The position numbers and the translations under genes were made by a program. Below the pieces are notes generated by a model. It searched no databases and was not told where the DNA came from. It was given only the letters and a program-made list of their open reading frames with translations. From contig JBDHHP010000005.1 in the NCBI GenBank assembly GCA_039589275.1, forward strand, positions 4,269 through 36,268: DNA of 32,000 nucleotides, written 5' to 3'. This document shows, in pieces, positions 8,285 to 16,652 of the stretch. Source of the DNA: Gemmatimonadota bacterium. Lineage in GTDB: Bacteria > Gemmatimonadota > Gemmatimonadetes > Gemmatimonadales > GWC2-71-9. The first letter of the stretch is position 1. Each line of letters starts with the position of its first letter.

Positions 8285-9385
8285 GTGCGAATCGGCATTA
8301 TCGGCCTTCCGAACGTGGGTAAGTCCACCCTGTTCAACGCTCTCACATCAGCTGGCGCAGCGGCGGAGAATTACCCGTTCTGCACCGTGGATCCAAATGT
8401 CGGCGTCGTGTCCGTCCCAGACGAACGACTCGACCGGCTCGCAGCGGTGGTCCAGCTTCCGTTGACGACCCATGCGGTAATCGAGTTCGTGGACATCGCT
8501 GGGCTGGTTCGGGGTGCCAGCCAGGGCGAGGGACTTGGCAACCAGTTCTTAGGTCACATCCGGGACGTAGATGCGATCGCCCACGTCGTCCGCTGCTTCG
8601 AGGATCCCGACGTGAGTCACGTGATGGGAACCGTGGACCCAGTACGTGACCACGATGTAGTGACTACGGAACTGGCTCTGGCCGACCTTACGCTGGCTGA
8701 ACAACGACGTGACAAGGTAGTGAAGTCCGCTCGTTCGGGTGACAAGGAAGCTCAAGCGGAAGCGGAATGGCTCGATCGCCTGATCGAGGCACTGAACTCG
8801 GGACACGGCGCTCGCGACATAGTGCGGTCTGCTGAAGAGGCTCGCCAATACCGCCAACTCGGTATACTCACGGCCCTGCCAGTGCTGTACGCGGCCAACA
8901 TCGCGGAAGCTGACCTGGGAAAAAACGACCTACCCGCGCTGGAGGCCCTACGCACTGCGGCGCAAAAACACCACGAAAACGCCGAGATCGTCCCATTCTC
9001 GGCTCAGTTCGAGGCCGAGTTGTCCGAGTTGGATGATGCTGAACGCAGGGAATTCCTCGATAGCGTGGGCATGGAGGAGCCGGGATTGGACCGGTTTGTC
9101 ACGGCATGCTTCCACCTGCTGAAGCTCGAAACGTTCTTCACTCTGGTAGGTGACAAGGAAGTACGTGCCTGGGTGGTTCCAGTAGGGACAACGGCATTTG
9201 AGGCCGCCGGACGGATCCATACTGACTTCCAACGCGGTTTTATCAGGGCCGAGACTATTCCGGTAGAGGGTTTTATCAGTTCCGGTTCGTATCGTCGTGC
9301 GAGGGAGGAGGGAATGGTCCGCAGCGAGGGCCGGGATTACGTGGTACAGGACGGAGATGTGCTGCTGTTCAGGTTCAACGTCTAG
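8285..9385 (+). CDS. ychF: Redox-regulated/ribosome-associated ATPase YchF (Obg family)
   Basis: 366 aa, GTG start; IGIIGLPNVGKSTLFNALT, ENYPFCTVDPNVGVV, FVDIAGLVRGASQGEGLGNQFLGHIRDVDAI, C-terminal TGS-like domain. Confidence 0.98.
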   Translation: MRIGIIGLPNVGKSTLFNALTSAGAAAENYPFCTVDPNVGVVSVPDERLDRLAAVVQLPLTTHAVIEFVDIAGLVRGASQGEGLGNQFLGHIRDVDAIAHVVRCFEDPDVSHVMGTVDPVRDHDVVTTELALADLTLAEQRRDKVVKSARSGDKEAQAEAEWLDRLIEALNSGHGARDIVRSAEEARQYRQLGILTALPVLYAANIAEADLGKNDLPALEALRTAAQKHHENAEIVPFSAQFEAELSELDDAERREFLDSVGMEEPGLDRFVTACFHLLKLETFFTLVGDKEVRAWVVPVGTTAFEAAGRIHTDFQRGFIRAETIPVEGFISSGSYRRAREEGMVRSEGRDYVVQDGDVLLFRFNV

Positions 9386-9496
9386 GGCCGTCAGCCCACC
9401 CCTACAAAAGCCACTGCAGGCCTGCTAGATTCGTTGCTCGACCACCACCTACTCCGTCCCTTAGAGGCCGGGGTCAACTAGTCCGAAGGAGGTGTC

Positions 9497-9952
9497 ATGG
9501 CCCGTCCATACGAGGTCGTATACATCTTTGACAGCGCGCTCGAGGAAACGCAGATCGACCAACACCTCGAGCGATTTCACGAACTCCTCAAGAGCCCAAC
9601 ACAGCCCGAGCCGATTACGAGTCTCAGTCACTGGGGCAAACGGACGCTCTCGTACCCCATCAAGAGCCGAGAGCTGGGATACTATGTAGTTGCCCAGTTT
9701 GAGACTGATCCGACTCTATTAGACGAGTATGAACGCATAGTGAAGCTCGAAGACGCTGTGCTGCGCCACCTAATCGTCATCAACGAAGGACTTGCCCCGC
9801 TCCCAGCGGCTGCTGCTGAACCTGAGCCAGGATCAGACAACCGGGTTGCTGAATCGGCGCCAGCCGCCGAGACAGTGGCAACTGATGAGGGCGAACAAGT
9901 AGAGCAGCCGTTAGCCGAGGCCGAGGAGGAGAACAATGCCCCGACCCAGTAA
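9497..9952 (+). CDS. rpsF: 30S ribosomal protein S6
   Basis: [17 protein letters not shown]...[25 protein letters not shown]...[13 protein letters not shown] type sequence, long acidic tail; SD GAAGGAGGT; overlaps rpsR. Confidence 0.95.
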   Translation: MARPYEVVYIFDSALEETQIDQHLERFHELLKSPTQPEPITSLSHWGKRTLSYPIKSRELGYYVVAQFETDPTLLDEYERIVKLEDAVLRHLIVINEGLAPLPAAAAEPEPGSDNRVAESAPAAETVATDEGEQVEQPLAEAEEENNAPTQ

Positions 9953-10157
9953 GACCTGCCCCGTGTGTGAATCGGGCGTCAGGGTGGTGGACTACAAGGA
10001 CGAGCGGGTGCTTTCTCGTTTCACCACCGAGCGCGGCAAGATCCTCCCCAGTCGCCTGTCCGGCATGTGCGCGCGTCATCAACGGCAGTTGTCTCGAGCG
10101 ATAAAGCGGGCGCGCCACCTAGCGCTGCTCCCGTACATCAAGGGCTCCGGCCGGTAG
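9936..10157 (+). CDS. rpsR: 30S ribosomal protein S18 (Cys-containing form)
   Basis: 73 aa; [60 protein letters not shown]. Confidence 0.97.
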   Translation: MPRPSKTCPVCESGVRVVDYKDERVLSRFTTERGKILPSRLSGMCARHQRQLSRAIKRARHLALLPYIKGSGR

Positions 10158-10199
10158 GGCCCCGAGGCGCGGCGGCGGGAACGGCGCCTGCGATCGTCG

Positions 10200-11141
10200 A
10201 TGGGCATCAGACCATGGTTAGCTCGCAACAAGCGAGTGCTGGCAGCTGCGGTGTTGTTCACCGTGTTTGCGCCCGTACCACTTTTCGCGTTTCCTCTCGC
10301 GCTGCTACTTGCGTTCGCACCACTCCGCAGCCGTTCTGAAGCCCTCGCGGCCGCCATCCTGGGTGGCCTCAGCCTAGTCTGGCTCCTACGACTCGGTACC
10401 CTTCCTGACCAGGTCGTGCGGGCAAGCGTCGTAATCGCCGGCCTAGTGTACGCGGTTGGGACGCGATTCACGGCGGCCACCGTCACTCACAGGGCTCTTG
10501 CTGCGGTGGCACTGGCCAGCGTGGCTGTGGGGAACATGCTTTATGGGCTCGGTTCGTCCTGGGCGGAACTGACGTGGTGGGTAGAACGAGCCGCTGCCCG
10601 GCTGGCGAGACAGCAGGAGTTCGGAATGTGGATGATCTGCTATGGCGGCACGTCCGAAGGCACCCAGATGCCTGAGGTCATGGGTCAGACTGTGAGGTTC
10701 ATTGCGGACTACCATCCGGCCATACTCGCTGTCCAGTTAATGGCCGGGATGGCCGTGGCCACGGCGATCTATCACCGCGTGGCGCAGCAGCCTCGTGGGA
10801 CCCCACTGGGCTCGTTCCGAGAGTTCCGCTTCAACGAGAACCTAGGCTGGGCGGCGATCGTGCCACTGCTCGTCATCCTGAGCCCGGTTCCGGCCGCCGC
10901 TAGGCTTGCGGCCGCAAATGTGCTCGTCGTCATGGGAGTGCTTTACGCCATCCGGGGAATCGCCGTGGCAGCGAGCGGGCTGAGTCGCGCCGGCCGGAAC
11001 CGGAGCCTCAGCGTGGCGCTCAGTGTGGCAATTGCCCTGATGATATTGCCCATTGCCCTCACAGGTGCGATCCTATTGGGCGTAGTGGATTCGCGTATGG
11101 ACCTGAGACGGCGGTGGGTGTCACCGCAAGCAAGTAGGTAG
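10200..11141 (+). CDS. DUF2232/YybS-like polytopic membrane protein
   Basis: 313 aa with multiple hydrophobic segments, located between rpsR and rplI as is typical for this family. Confidence 0.7.
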   Translation: MGIRPWLARNKRVLAAAVLFTVFAPVPLFAFPLALLLAFAPLRSRSEALAAAILGGLSLVWLLRLGTLPDQVVRASVVIAGLVYAVGTRFTAATVTHRALAAVALASVAVGNMLYGLGSSWAELTWWVERAAARLARQQEFGMWMICYGGTSEGTQMPEVMGQTVRFIADYHPAILAVQLMAGMAVATAIYHRVAQQPRGTPLGSFREFRFNENLGWAAIVPLLVILSPVPAAARLAAANVLVVMGVLYAIRGIAVAASGLSRAGRNRSLSVALSVAIALMILPIALTGAILLGVVDSRMDLRRRWVSPQASR

Positions 11142-11145
11142 CTAA

Positions 11146-11592
11146 ATGGAAGTGATTCTCAGAGAAACCGTCGATAACGTGGGACAGGCAGGTGAGATAG
11201 TCAAAGTCAAGAACGGCTATGCCCGCAACTTCCTGATCCCTCGCGGACTCGCATATCAGGCCACGACCTCGAACAAAAGGCGAGTGGAGTCAGAAGCCGT
11301 CAGACGAGCGCAGGCACAGCAGGCACAGCAGGCAGATGCAGAGGTGCTTGCGCAGCGGTTGACGGATCTGTCTATCGAGTTCACGGTGAAAGCTGGAGAA
11401 GGCGACAAGTTGTTCGGATCAATTACGTCGGCCGACATCGCTGAGAAGCTGGCTGACCGCGGATACACCATCGACAAGCGAACAATCGAGTTGGAGGAGC
11501 CGATCAAGATGATCGGGATTTACACAGTGCCGGTTCGTCTCCACGCTGAAGTCAAGGCAGGACTTCGGGTCTGGGTGGTCAAGGAAGAATAG
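11146..11592 (+). CDS. rplI: 50S ribosomal protein L9
   Basis: MEVILRETVDNVGQAGEIVKVKNGYARNFLIPRGLAYQAT, classic L9 N-terminus. Confidence 0.98.
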   Translation: MEVILRETVDNVGQAGEIVKVKNGYARNFLIPRGLAYQATTSNKRRVESEAVRRAQAQQAQQADAEVLAQRLTDLSIEFTVKAGEGDKLFGSITSADIAEKLADRGYTIDKRTIELEEPIKMIGIYTVPVRLHAEVKAGLRVWVVKEE

Positions 11593-13403
11593 TGTCGAGC
11601 ATCTCCGTCGGGATTGCTTACCTCGACGGTCCGCGGCTGCGACTATCGCTGCTGGCCGCGGCCGATTGGATCGACGCGGGTCGGGAAGAGCTGAACCGCA
11701 TAAATGTCTTCCCTGTCCCAGACGGAGACACCGGCACCAACTTCGCCTCGACGCTACGTGCCGTGGCCGAGGCAGTACGGCGTCTCAAGCCCACGGCCCC
11801 GCTTCCAGAAGTGCTCAAAGCAATGGCGGACACGAGCATCTTCAATGCGCGCGGCAATTCGGGGATGTTGCTGTCGCAATTCCTGCTGGGCTTCCGCGAA
11901 TCGCTGCAAGACAAGCACGCGGCCGCTCCGGGCGATGTGGCGCAGGCGATTCGCCAAGGTGCTGTTAGGCTACATCAATCGCTCGACGAGCCAGTCGAGG
12001 GAACGATTCTCACGGTCGCCCGTGAGGCGGCTGACGAAGCGGAACGTGCAGCTCTCGAGACTGACAACTTCGCAGAGCTGATGGTGCGCGTGCTGAAGCA
12101 CTCGGAGGTAACGCTACAGCACACCCCCGAGCTGTTGAGCGTGCTCAAGGAGGCCGGGGTCGTTGACGCTGGCGCAAAGGCCTTCGTTCGAATGCTTGAG
12201 GGAATCGTAAGGCTCATCGAGGGTGACCCCATCCTGCCGGCCGAGGGACCGATCGAGTACGACGTGCCCGATGCCGCCGCACTCGCTGAAGTGGCTGCGG
12301 AGCGCGACTTCGGTTTCTGCACCGAGGTGTTGGCACGGGGGGAGAAGTTCCCACCGACCACAGAGATCCGATCACGACTGAGGCAGTTTGGCGGGTCCAT
12401 CGTGGTGCTGGCCACTGAGGATCTCCTGAAGATCCATGTCCACACGGACACGCCCGAAGACGTCTTCGACTTGGTGAGGCAGTGGGGAACGATTGAGACC
12501 ACCAAAGCCGAGGACATGCGGGAGCAGCATCGCGAGCTGCACGAGTCTCAACGCAGCGTATGCATTGTCACTGACTCCGCCTGCGACCTCTCGGATGATA
12601 TCCTCGATCCAAATGGGGTGGTGGTGGTTCCGCTGCAGATCATAGAGGGTGACAAGACCTACCTCGACCGAGTCGAAATCCACGGTGGCGAACTCTATGC
12701 GCGCATGAAAGAGGAGGGCGCCGTTTTCACCACCTCTCAGCCAACGCCGGGAGCGTTTGCCCAGGCATTTGACGATGCGACCACAGTCGCTGATGAGGTG
12801 ATCGGCGTATTCCTCGGCGGCGCGCTCTCGGGGACTCTCTCCTCTGCGCAGGCAGCCGCCGGCGCGCGTGGTCTGGAACGGATCGAGTTCGTCGACTCAC
12901 GCAATGCGTCTTTTGGTCTAGGCCTCCTAGTGCTCAGGGCCATCGAGTTGATCGAACAGGGTTACAACGCCGCCGAGACGAAGCGGGAGCTCGACCGGGT
13001 GCGTGATCAGTCCGGTGCCTTCTTCACGGTGGACGTATTTGACAATCTGCTCAGGTCGGGCAGAGTGAGTCGGGGACGCGCTTGGCTCGGTGGTATCCTG
13101 GACATCAAGCCGATCCTGGAAGTGAATCTGGAAGGCAAGGTCGTACCACTGGATCGGGTGCGAGGACGAGAGCATCTCATCCCACGAGTCCTGAGGCACT
13201 TGGAGCGGCGACTCACGCCTCAGCCTGTATCAGTGCGCTTCGGAATCGCTCACGCTGGCGCCCCCGATGTCGCGGAGAGATTGCGCGCCGATCTAGAGGC
13301 GCGCTACGCCCCCCGTACTTGCCTGGTCGCCGACGTAGCTGCGGTCATCGGTGTCCACGTTGGCCCAGGTGCCTGGGGTATATTCTACCAGGTGGAAGAC
13401 TGA
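11592..13403 (+). CDS. DAK2-domain/DegV-domain fusion protein (FakA-like plus FakB-like)
   Basis: N-terminal LLAAADWIDAGREELNRINVFPVPDGDTGTNFASTL (DAK2), middle KFPPTTEIRSRLRQFGGSIVVLATEDLLKIHVHTDTPEDVF (FakA/YloV middle), C-terminal VCIVTDSACDLSDDI...VFTTSQPTPGAFAQAF...GALSGTLSSAQ (DegV). GTG start overlapping the rplI stop by 1 nt. Confidence 0.92.
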   Translation: MSSISVGIAYLDGPRLRLSLLAAADWIDAGREELNRINVFPVPDGDTGTNFASTLRAVAEAVRRLKPTAPLPEVLKAMADTSIFNARGNSGMLLSQFLLGFRESLQDKHAAAPGDVAQAIRQGAVRLHQSLDEPVEGTILTVAREAADEAERAALETDNFAELMVRVLKHSEVTLQHTPELLSVLKEAGVVDAGAKAFVRMLEGIVRLIEGDPILPAEGPIEYDVPDAAALAEVAAERDFGFCTEVLARGEKFPPTTEIRSRLRQFGGSIVVLATEDLLKIHVHTDTPEDVFDLVRQWGTIETTKAEDMREQHRELHESQRSVCIVTDSACDLSDDILDPNGVVVVPLQIIEGDKTYLDRVEIHGGELYARMKEEGAVFTTSQPTPGAFAQAFDDATTVADEVIGVFLGGALSGTLSSAQAAAGARGLERIEFVDSRNASFGLGLLVLRAIELIEQGYNAAETKRELDRVRDQSGAFFTVDVFDNLLRSGRVSRGRAWLGGILDIKPILEVNLEGKVVPLDRVRGREHLIPRVLRHLERRLTPQPVSVRFGIAHAGAPDVAERLRADLEARYAPRTCLVADVAAVIGVHVGPGAWGIFYQVED

Positions 13404-13812
13404 CGAACCCAAGCTATCTGAGACGATTCCCACTCCGCGCCCCAAACACCTGACAGCTGAGAGACCAGCTGAGTCGGCCGAACTCCGACTGGCGGTCGAA
13501 ACGCTGGACGACCACAAGGGTCTGGACATCATGGTACTGGACCTTCGCGAGCTGAGCGACGCCACCGACTATTTCGTGGTAGCGTCCGGATCCTCAGATG
13601 TTCACGTTCGGGCGTTGGCGGAACAGGTTGAGCAGGCTCTGGAACGCGGCGGCAGGCGGGCGCACCACGTCGAAGGCGTGCGGGCTGGCCGCTGGGCCTT
13701 GCTCGACTACTTCGATTTCGTGGTGCACGTATTCCACCCCGTCCTGCGAGAGTTCTATCAGCTGGAGCGACTGTGGGCCGATGCTCCGACCAGACGGGTC
13801 GTCGTCGAGTAA
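13351..13812 (+). CDS. rsfS: Ribosomal silencing factor RsfS; start codon uncertain (true start may lie downstream, e.g. CTG at 13450)
   Basis: LDDHKGLDIMVLDLRELSDATDYFVVASGSSDVHVRALAEQVEQAL...VEGVRAGRWALLDYFDFVVHVFHPVLREFYQLERLWADAP. Confidence 0.92.
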   Translation: MSTLAQVPGVYSTRWKTDEPKLSETIPTPRPKHLTAERPAESAELRLAVETLDDHKGLDIMVLDLRELSDATDYFVVASGSSDVHVRALAEQVEQALERGGRRAHHVEGVRAGRWALLDYFDFVVHVFHPVLREFYQLERLWADAPTRRVVVE

Positions 13813-13824
13813 GCGGAATCGACC

Positions 13825-15261
13825 TTGTCCAAAGCGAAGCCCAACCCTAATGTTTCGGCCGTGAAGCCGCACGTCATCCTGCTGCTACTGGCGGCCACAA
13901 TCACCGCCTGCCAACCCGACCAGTCACCCAATCCGGTCAGGGAAGTGTTTGATCGGACATCCAAAGTAGTGGCGGCCGGTGCTGCCCTCGCACTGCGGTT
14001 CCCGTCGCGAGGCTCAGAGGTGCAGCTGTATCGGCTTCCGGCCTTGGAGCAGGTATCGTGGAATTTCGAGACGAGAGGGCGACCGACCCAGCAGATCCTC
14101 GGGTTCGCACCTGACGCCAACCTGGTCTACACACTGGTAGAGGGAGAGGGGGACTCGGCGGGATTCGACCTCCTGGCGCTCGATCTGATCACCGGGCGCT
14201 CGCGCACCATCGACACCAGCTTGGCGGCAGCCGCGCTGGGACCGACGGGGAAGGCCCACGTGGTACGCCTCAACGGGTCCGTGGCCGAAGTCGAGCGCGG
14301 AAGGGTGCTGCTGTGGTCGGATACGCTGGATGGGGTGACTCACCTTTGGGGCGCCGCGCGGGAGCGCCTTCTGGCGGTGACTCAGACTGACCGGGGCCGT
14401 GAGCTGGCTCTCCTATCCGGCGGTCAGCCGCAGGTCAGGCAGCCGATTCCAGATGGCCCTGTGATCGTATCGCCATGGGGTCGCCTGGCCGCCATAGCGA
14501 CTGATTCGGGCATTGGCCTCTATCTGCCGCAGGAGCCGGAGCAAGCACACACAGTACCCCTGACGCCCTCTCCGCAGCTGCTGACAATGTCGCCATCCGG
14601 ACACAAGATATATGCGGTGCTGGGCGAAACCGAACTGGTCTCATTGGGGCGGTTCGGCGAAGGTGTACTGAGCCGCGCGGCGCTGCCCGGCCGCGCGGTC
14701 GACTTACGAGTTGATCCGTTGGGCAGGATGCTCTTCGCTCAGACCGCAAATGCAGATTCCGTTTGGGTATTCGACGCTTCCGCGTTGACCCTTAAGGGAA
14801 CGATTGCCGGATCGTGGGCAGACGATCTGCCAGCTGCGGGCCCCGACGGCACGATAATCGTCAGGAGTGAGAATCGACTAGTTGCAGTAGACCCTGAGAG
14901 TTTTGAGGTTGCCGCCACCACAACCGAACGGCAGGGTGATAGGTGGTTCATTGCAGGCTGGGACGCGCGGCGGCCGGTACTGGAACTGGAAGTCGAAGCA
15001 CCTGCAACAGGGGGCCAAGCTGGCCAGATCATCTACGTGCAGGTTTCCAGTTCAGGCAACCCCGCCTGGGCGGAGGACCTCGCCCAAGAGCTGCGAGCCG
15101 CGGGACTCAACACCACCGTCCTCCCGCCCGATTCCTCCGAGGAACGCTTTAGGGTTGTTCTAGGCCCCTACCCGACCCGTGAGGAGGCTGAGGAGAACGG
15201 CCGCCGCCTCGGCCGCCCGTTCTGGATCCTGACCCGGGACACCATTCCGCAGGTACAATGA
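13825..15261 (+). CDS. SPOR-domain lipoprotein with beta-propeller-like central region
   Basis: TTG start; lipobox-like ATITAC; central repeated strands; C-terminal GQIIYVQVSSSGNPAWAEDLAQELRAAGLNTTVLPPDSSEERFRVVLGPYPTREEAEENGRRL matches SPOR domain pattern. Confidence 0.72.
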   Translation: MSKAKPNPNVSAVKPHVILLLLAATITACQPDQSPNPVREVFDRTSKVVAAGAALALRFPSRGSEVQLYRLPALEQVSWNFETRGRPTQQILGFAPDANLVYTLVEGEGDSAGFDLLALDLITGRSRTIDTSLAAAALGPTGKAHVVRLNGSVAEVERGRVLLWSDTLDGVTHLWGAARERLLAVTQTDRGRELALLSGGQPQVRQPIPDGPVIVSPWGRLAAIATDSGIGLYLPQEPEQAHTVPLTPSPQLLTMSPSGHKIYAVLGETELVSLGRFGEGVLSRAALPGRAVDLRVDPLGRMLFAQTANADSVWVFDASALTLKGTIAGSWADDLPAAGPDGTIIVRSENRLVAVDPESFEVAATTTERQGDRWFIAGWDARRPVLELEVEAPATGGQAGQIIYVQVSSSGNPAWAEDLAQELRAAGLNTTVLPPDSSEERFRVVLGPYPTREEAEENGRRLGRPFWILTRDTIPQVQ

Positions 15262-16652
15262 CTCCGCGAGAGATCGCGCGAGCGAACATACCCGACGAGA
15301 TCGCCACCCTGATTGCGGGGAGAAGCATCGTCGTGCTCGTGCCGCAGGAAGATGTGTCGGATTCGATCGTCGACACGGCGTGGGAATTCGCACGGGCCGC
15401 CGCCAGTCCGGGCAGGGCTGTAGCACTCATAGACCTGAGCCTGGAGGAACCGGCGCTGCACTCCCGCGCCCGGGGTGCGGCGGAGGAGGGCATCGTCGAC
15501 GCGTTCCTATTCGGTGCCTCACTGGAACACGTGTCCAGTCAGCAAGACGTGCCTGGATTGTATTTCATTGGCGTTGGCACGGAGCCTTCCGATCCGGCGG
15601 AGGTGTGGGAATCGACCCGCTGGTCGAGACTCGTCAGGGGTTTCACCAGTCAGGGAGCGGTGATGCTCCTCTTTGTGCCGCCTGCTGGGCTCAAGCGACT
15701 CAGAGTCACCCCTGATATGGTGGTCACCTTATCGCTCTACGGAGAGGATGGCCCGCAGGAGACCGCCGCGATTACGAGCTTCAGGGATAGTGGCGTGCCC
15801 ATCGCGCGGATCGTCTGCGAAGCAAGGACCAGTCGACCGTCACTGCACCGCGCTGGACCCGCGATTCTGACGGACCCCGAAGGCCGTCTGGATGAGTCAG
15901 AGGTGAAATCCGGAACGTTGGCGCGTGTAGGCCTAGTCCTGGCCAGCACCGTCGCAGTTGGAGCCGTCGTCACCGCAGCAGTGTTCCTTCTCCAAGGGGT
16001 TGGTGAGAATCCCCAGGAGACTCGGGAGATGGACCGCAACATGGCATCGTCTTCTCGAGGTGATACGCAGACCACGCCCGGCGAAGCTGTCGTCGCGCCA
16101 GAATCGAACAGAGTGGAGCAAGCCATCGTCGCGGATTCGATACCCGGGACGGCTCCGGTCCTCACTCCGGCGCCAGAGGACTCGCTCTTCTACTCTGTAC
16201 AAGTAGCCGCCATGGGCAGCCTGAACGAAGCAATCGCTCACGCTAACGACCTCTACGCAGCCGGCTTCCCCGCAACTGTCACAGTGGCGCGTCCCGAAGC
16301 GGACGTTACCTGGTATCGGGTAACGGTGGGCGCTCATGCGACCGCTGGATACACATCTGAAACGCGCCAGGCAATGCGACGCCGAGGTTTTGCAGGCGGG
16401 TTCCCAATCCGTACACCCCACGCACTACTCATCAACACGTTTCTCAATCGCGAAGAAGCACTCGCTCATGTGGGGGGACTTCGGGAATCGGGGATACCCG
16501 CGTACATTGTTGAGGCACCGGGCGGAGTGTTCCGCGTTCTTCTCGGCGCGTGTGAAACGCCGGATCAGGCCCGGATGACGGACTCGGTGTTGGCAGTCTC
16601 GGGTGGAGATCTTTCCTTCTCCCTGGTTTCAAGGACAGGAACCGCAAGATGA
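15258..16652 (+). CDS. BY-kinase/CapB-like pseudo-ATPase domain, single TM segment, C-terminal SPOR-like domains
   Basis: RAVALIDLSLEEPALH, GLYFIGVGTEPSDPAEVWES align by eye with BY-kinase blocks but no Walker A; TM LARVGLVLASTVAVGAVVTAAVFLLQG; SPOR FYSVQVAAMGSLNEAIAHANDLYAAGFPATVTVARPEADVTWYRVTVGAHAT. Confidence 0.65.
   Translation: MTPREIARANIPDEIATLIAGRSIVVLVPQEDVSDSIVDTAWEFARAAASPGRAVALIDLSLEEPALHSRARGAAEEGIVDAFLFGASLEHVSSQQDVPGLYFIGVGTEPSDPAEVWESTRWSRLVRGFTSQGAVMLLFVPPAGLKRLRVTPDMVVTLSLYGEDGPQETAAITSFRDSGVPIARIVCEARTSRPSLHRAGPAILTDPEGRLDESEVKSGTLARVGLVLASTVAVGAVVTAAVFLLQGVGENPQETREMDRNMASSSRGDTQTTPGEAVVAPESNRVEQAIVADSIPGTAPVLTPAPEDSLFYSVQVAAMGSLNEAIAHANDLYAAGFPATVTVARPEADVTWYRVTVGAHATAGYTSETRQAMRRRGFAGGFPIRTPHALLINTFLNREEALAHVGGLRESGIPAYIVEAPGGVFRVLLGACETPDQARMTDSVLAVSGGDLSFSLVSRTGTAR

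Noticed and set aside
9415-9424. GCAGGCCTGC palindrome after ychF, considered as terminator
   Set aside because: Perfect palindrome with no loop and no T-tract; too short to support a terminator.
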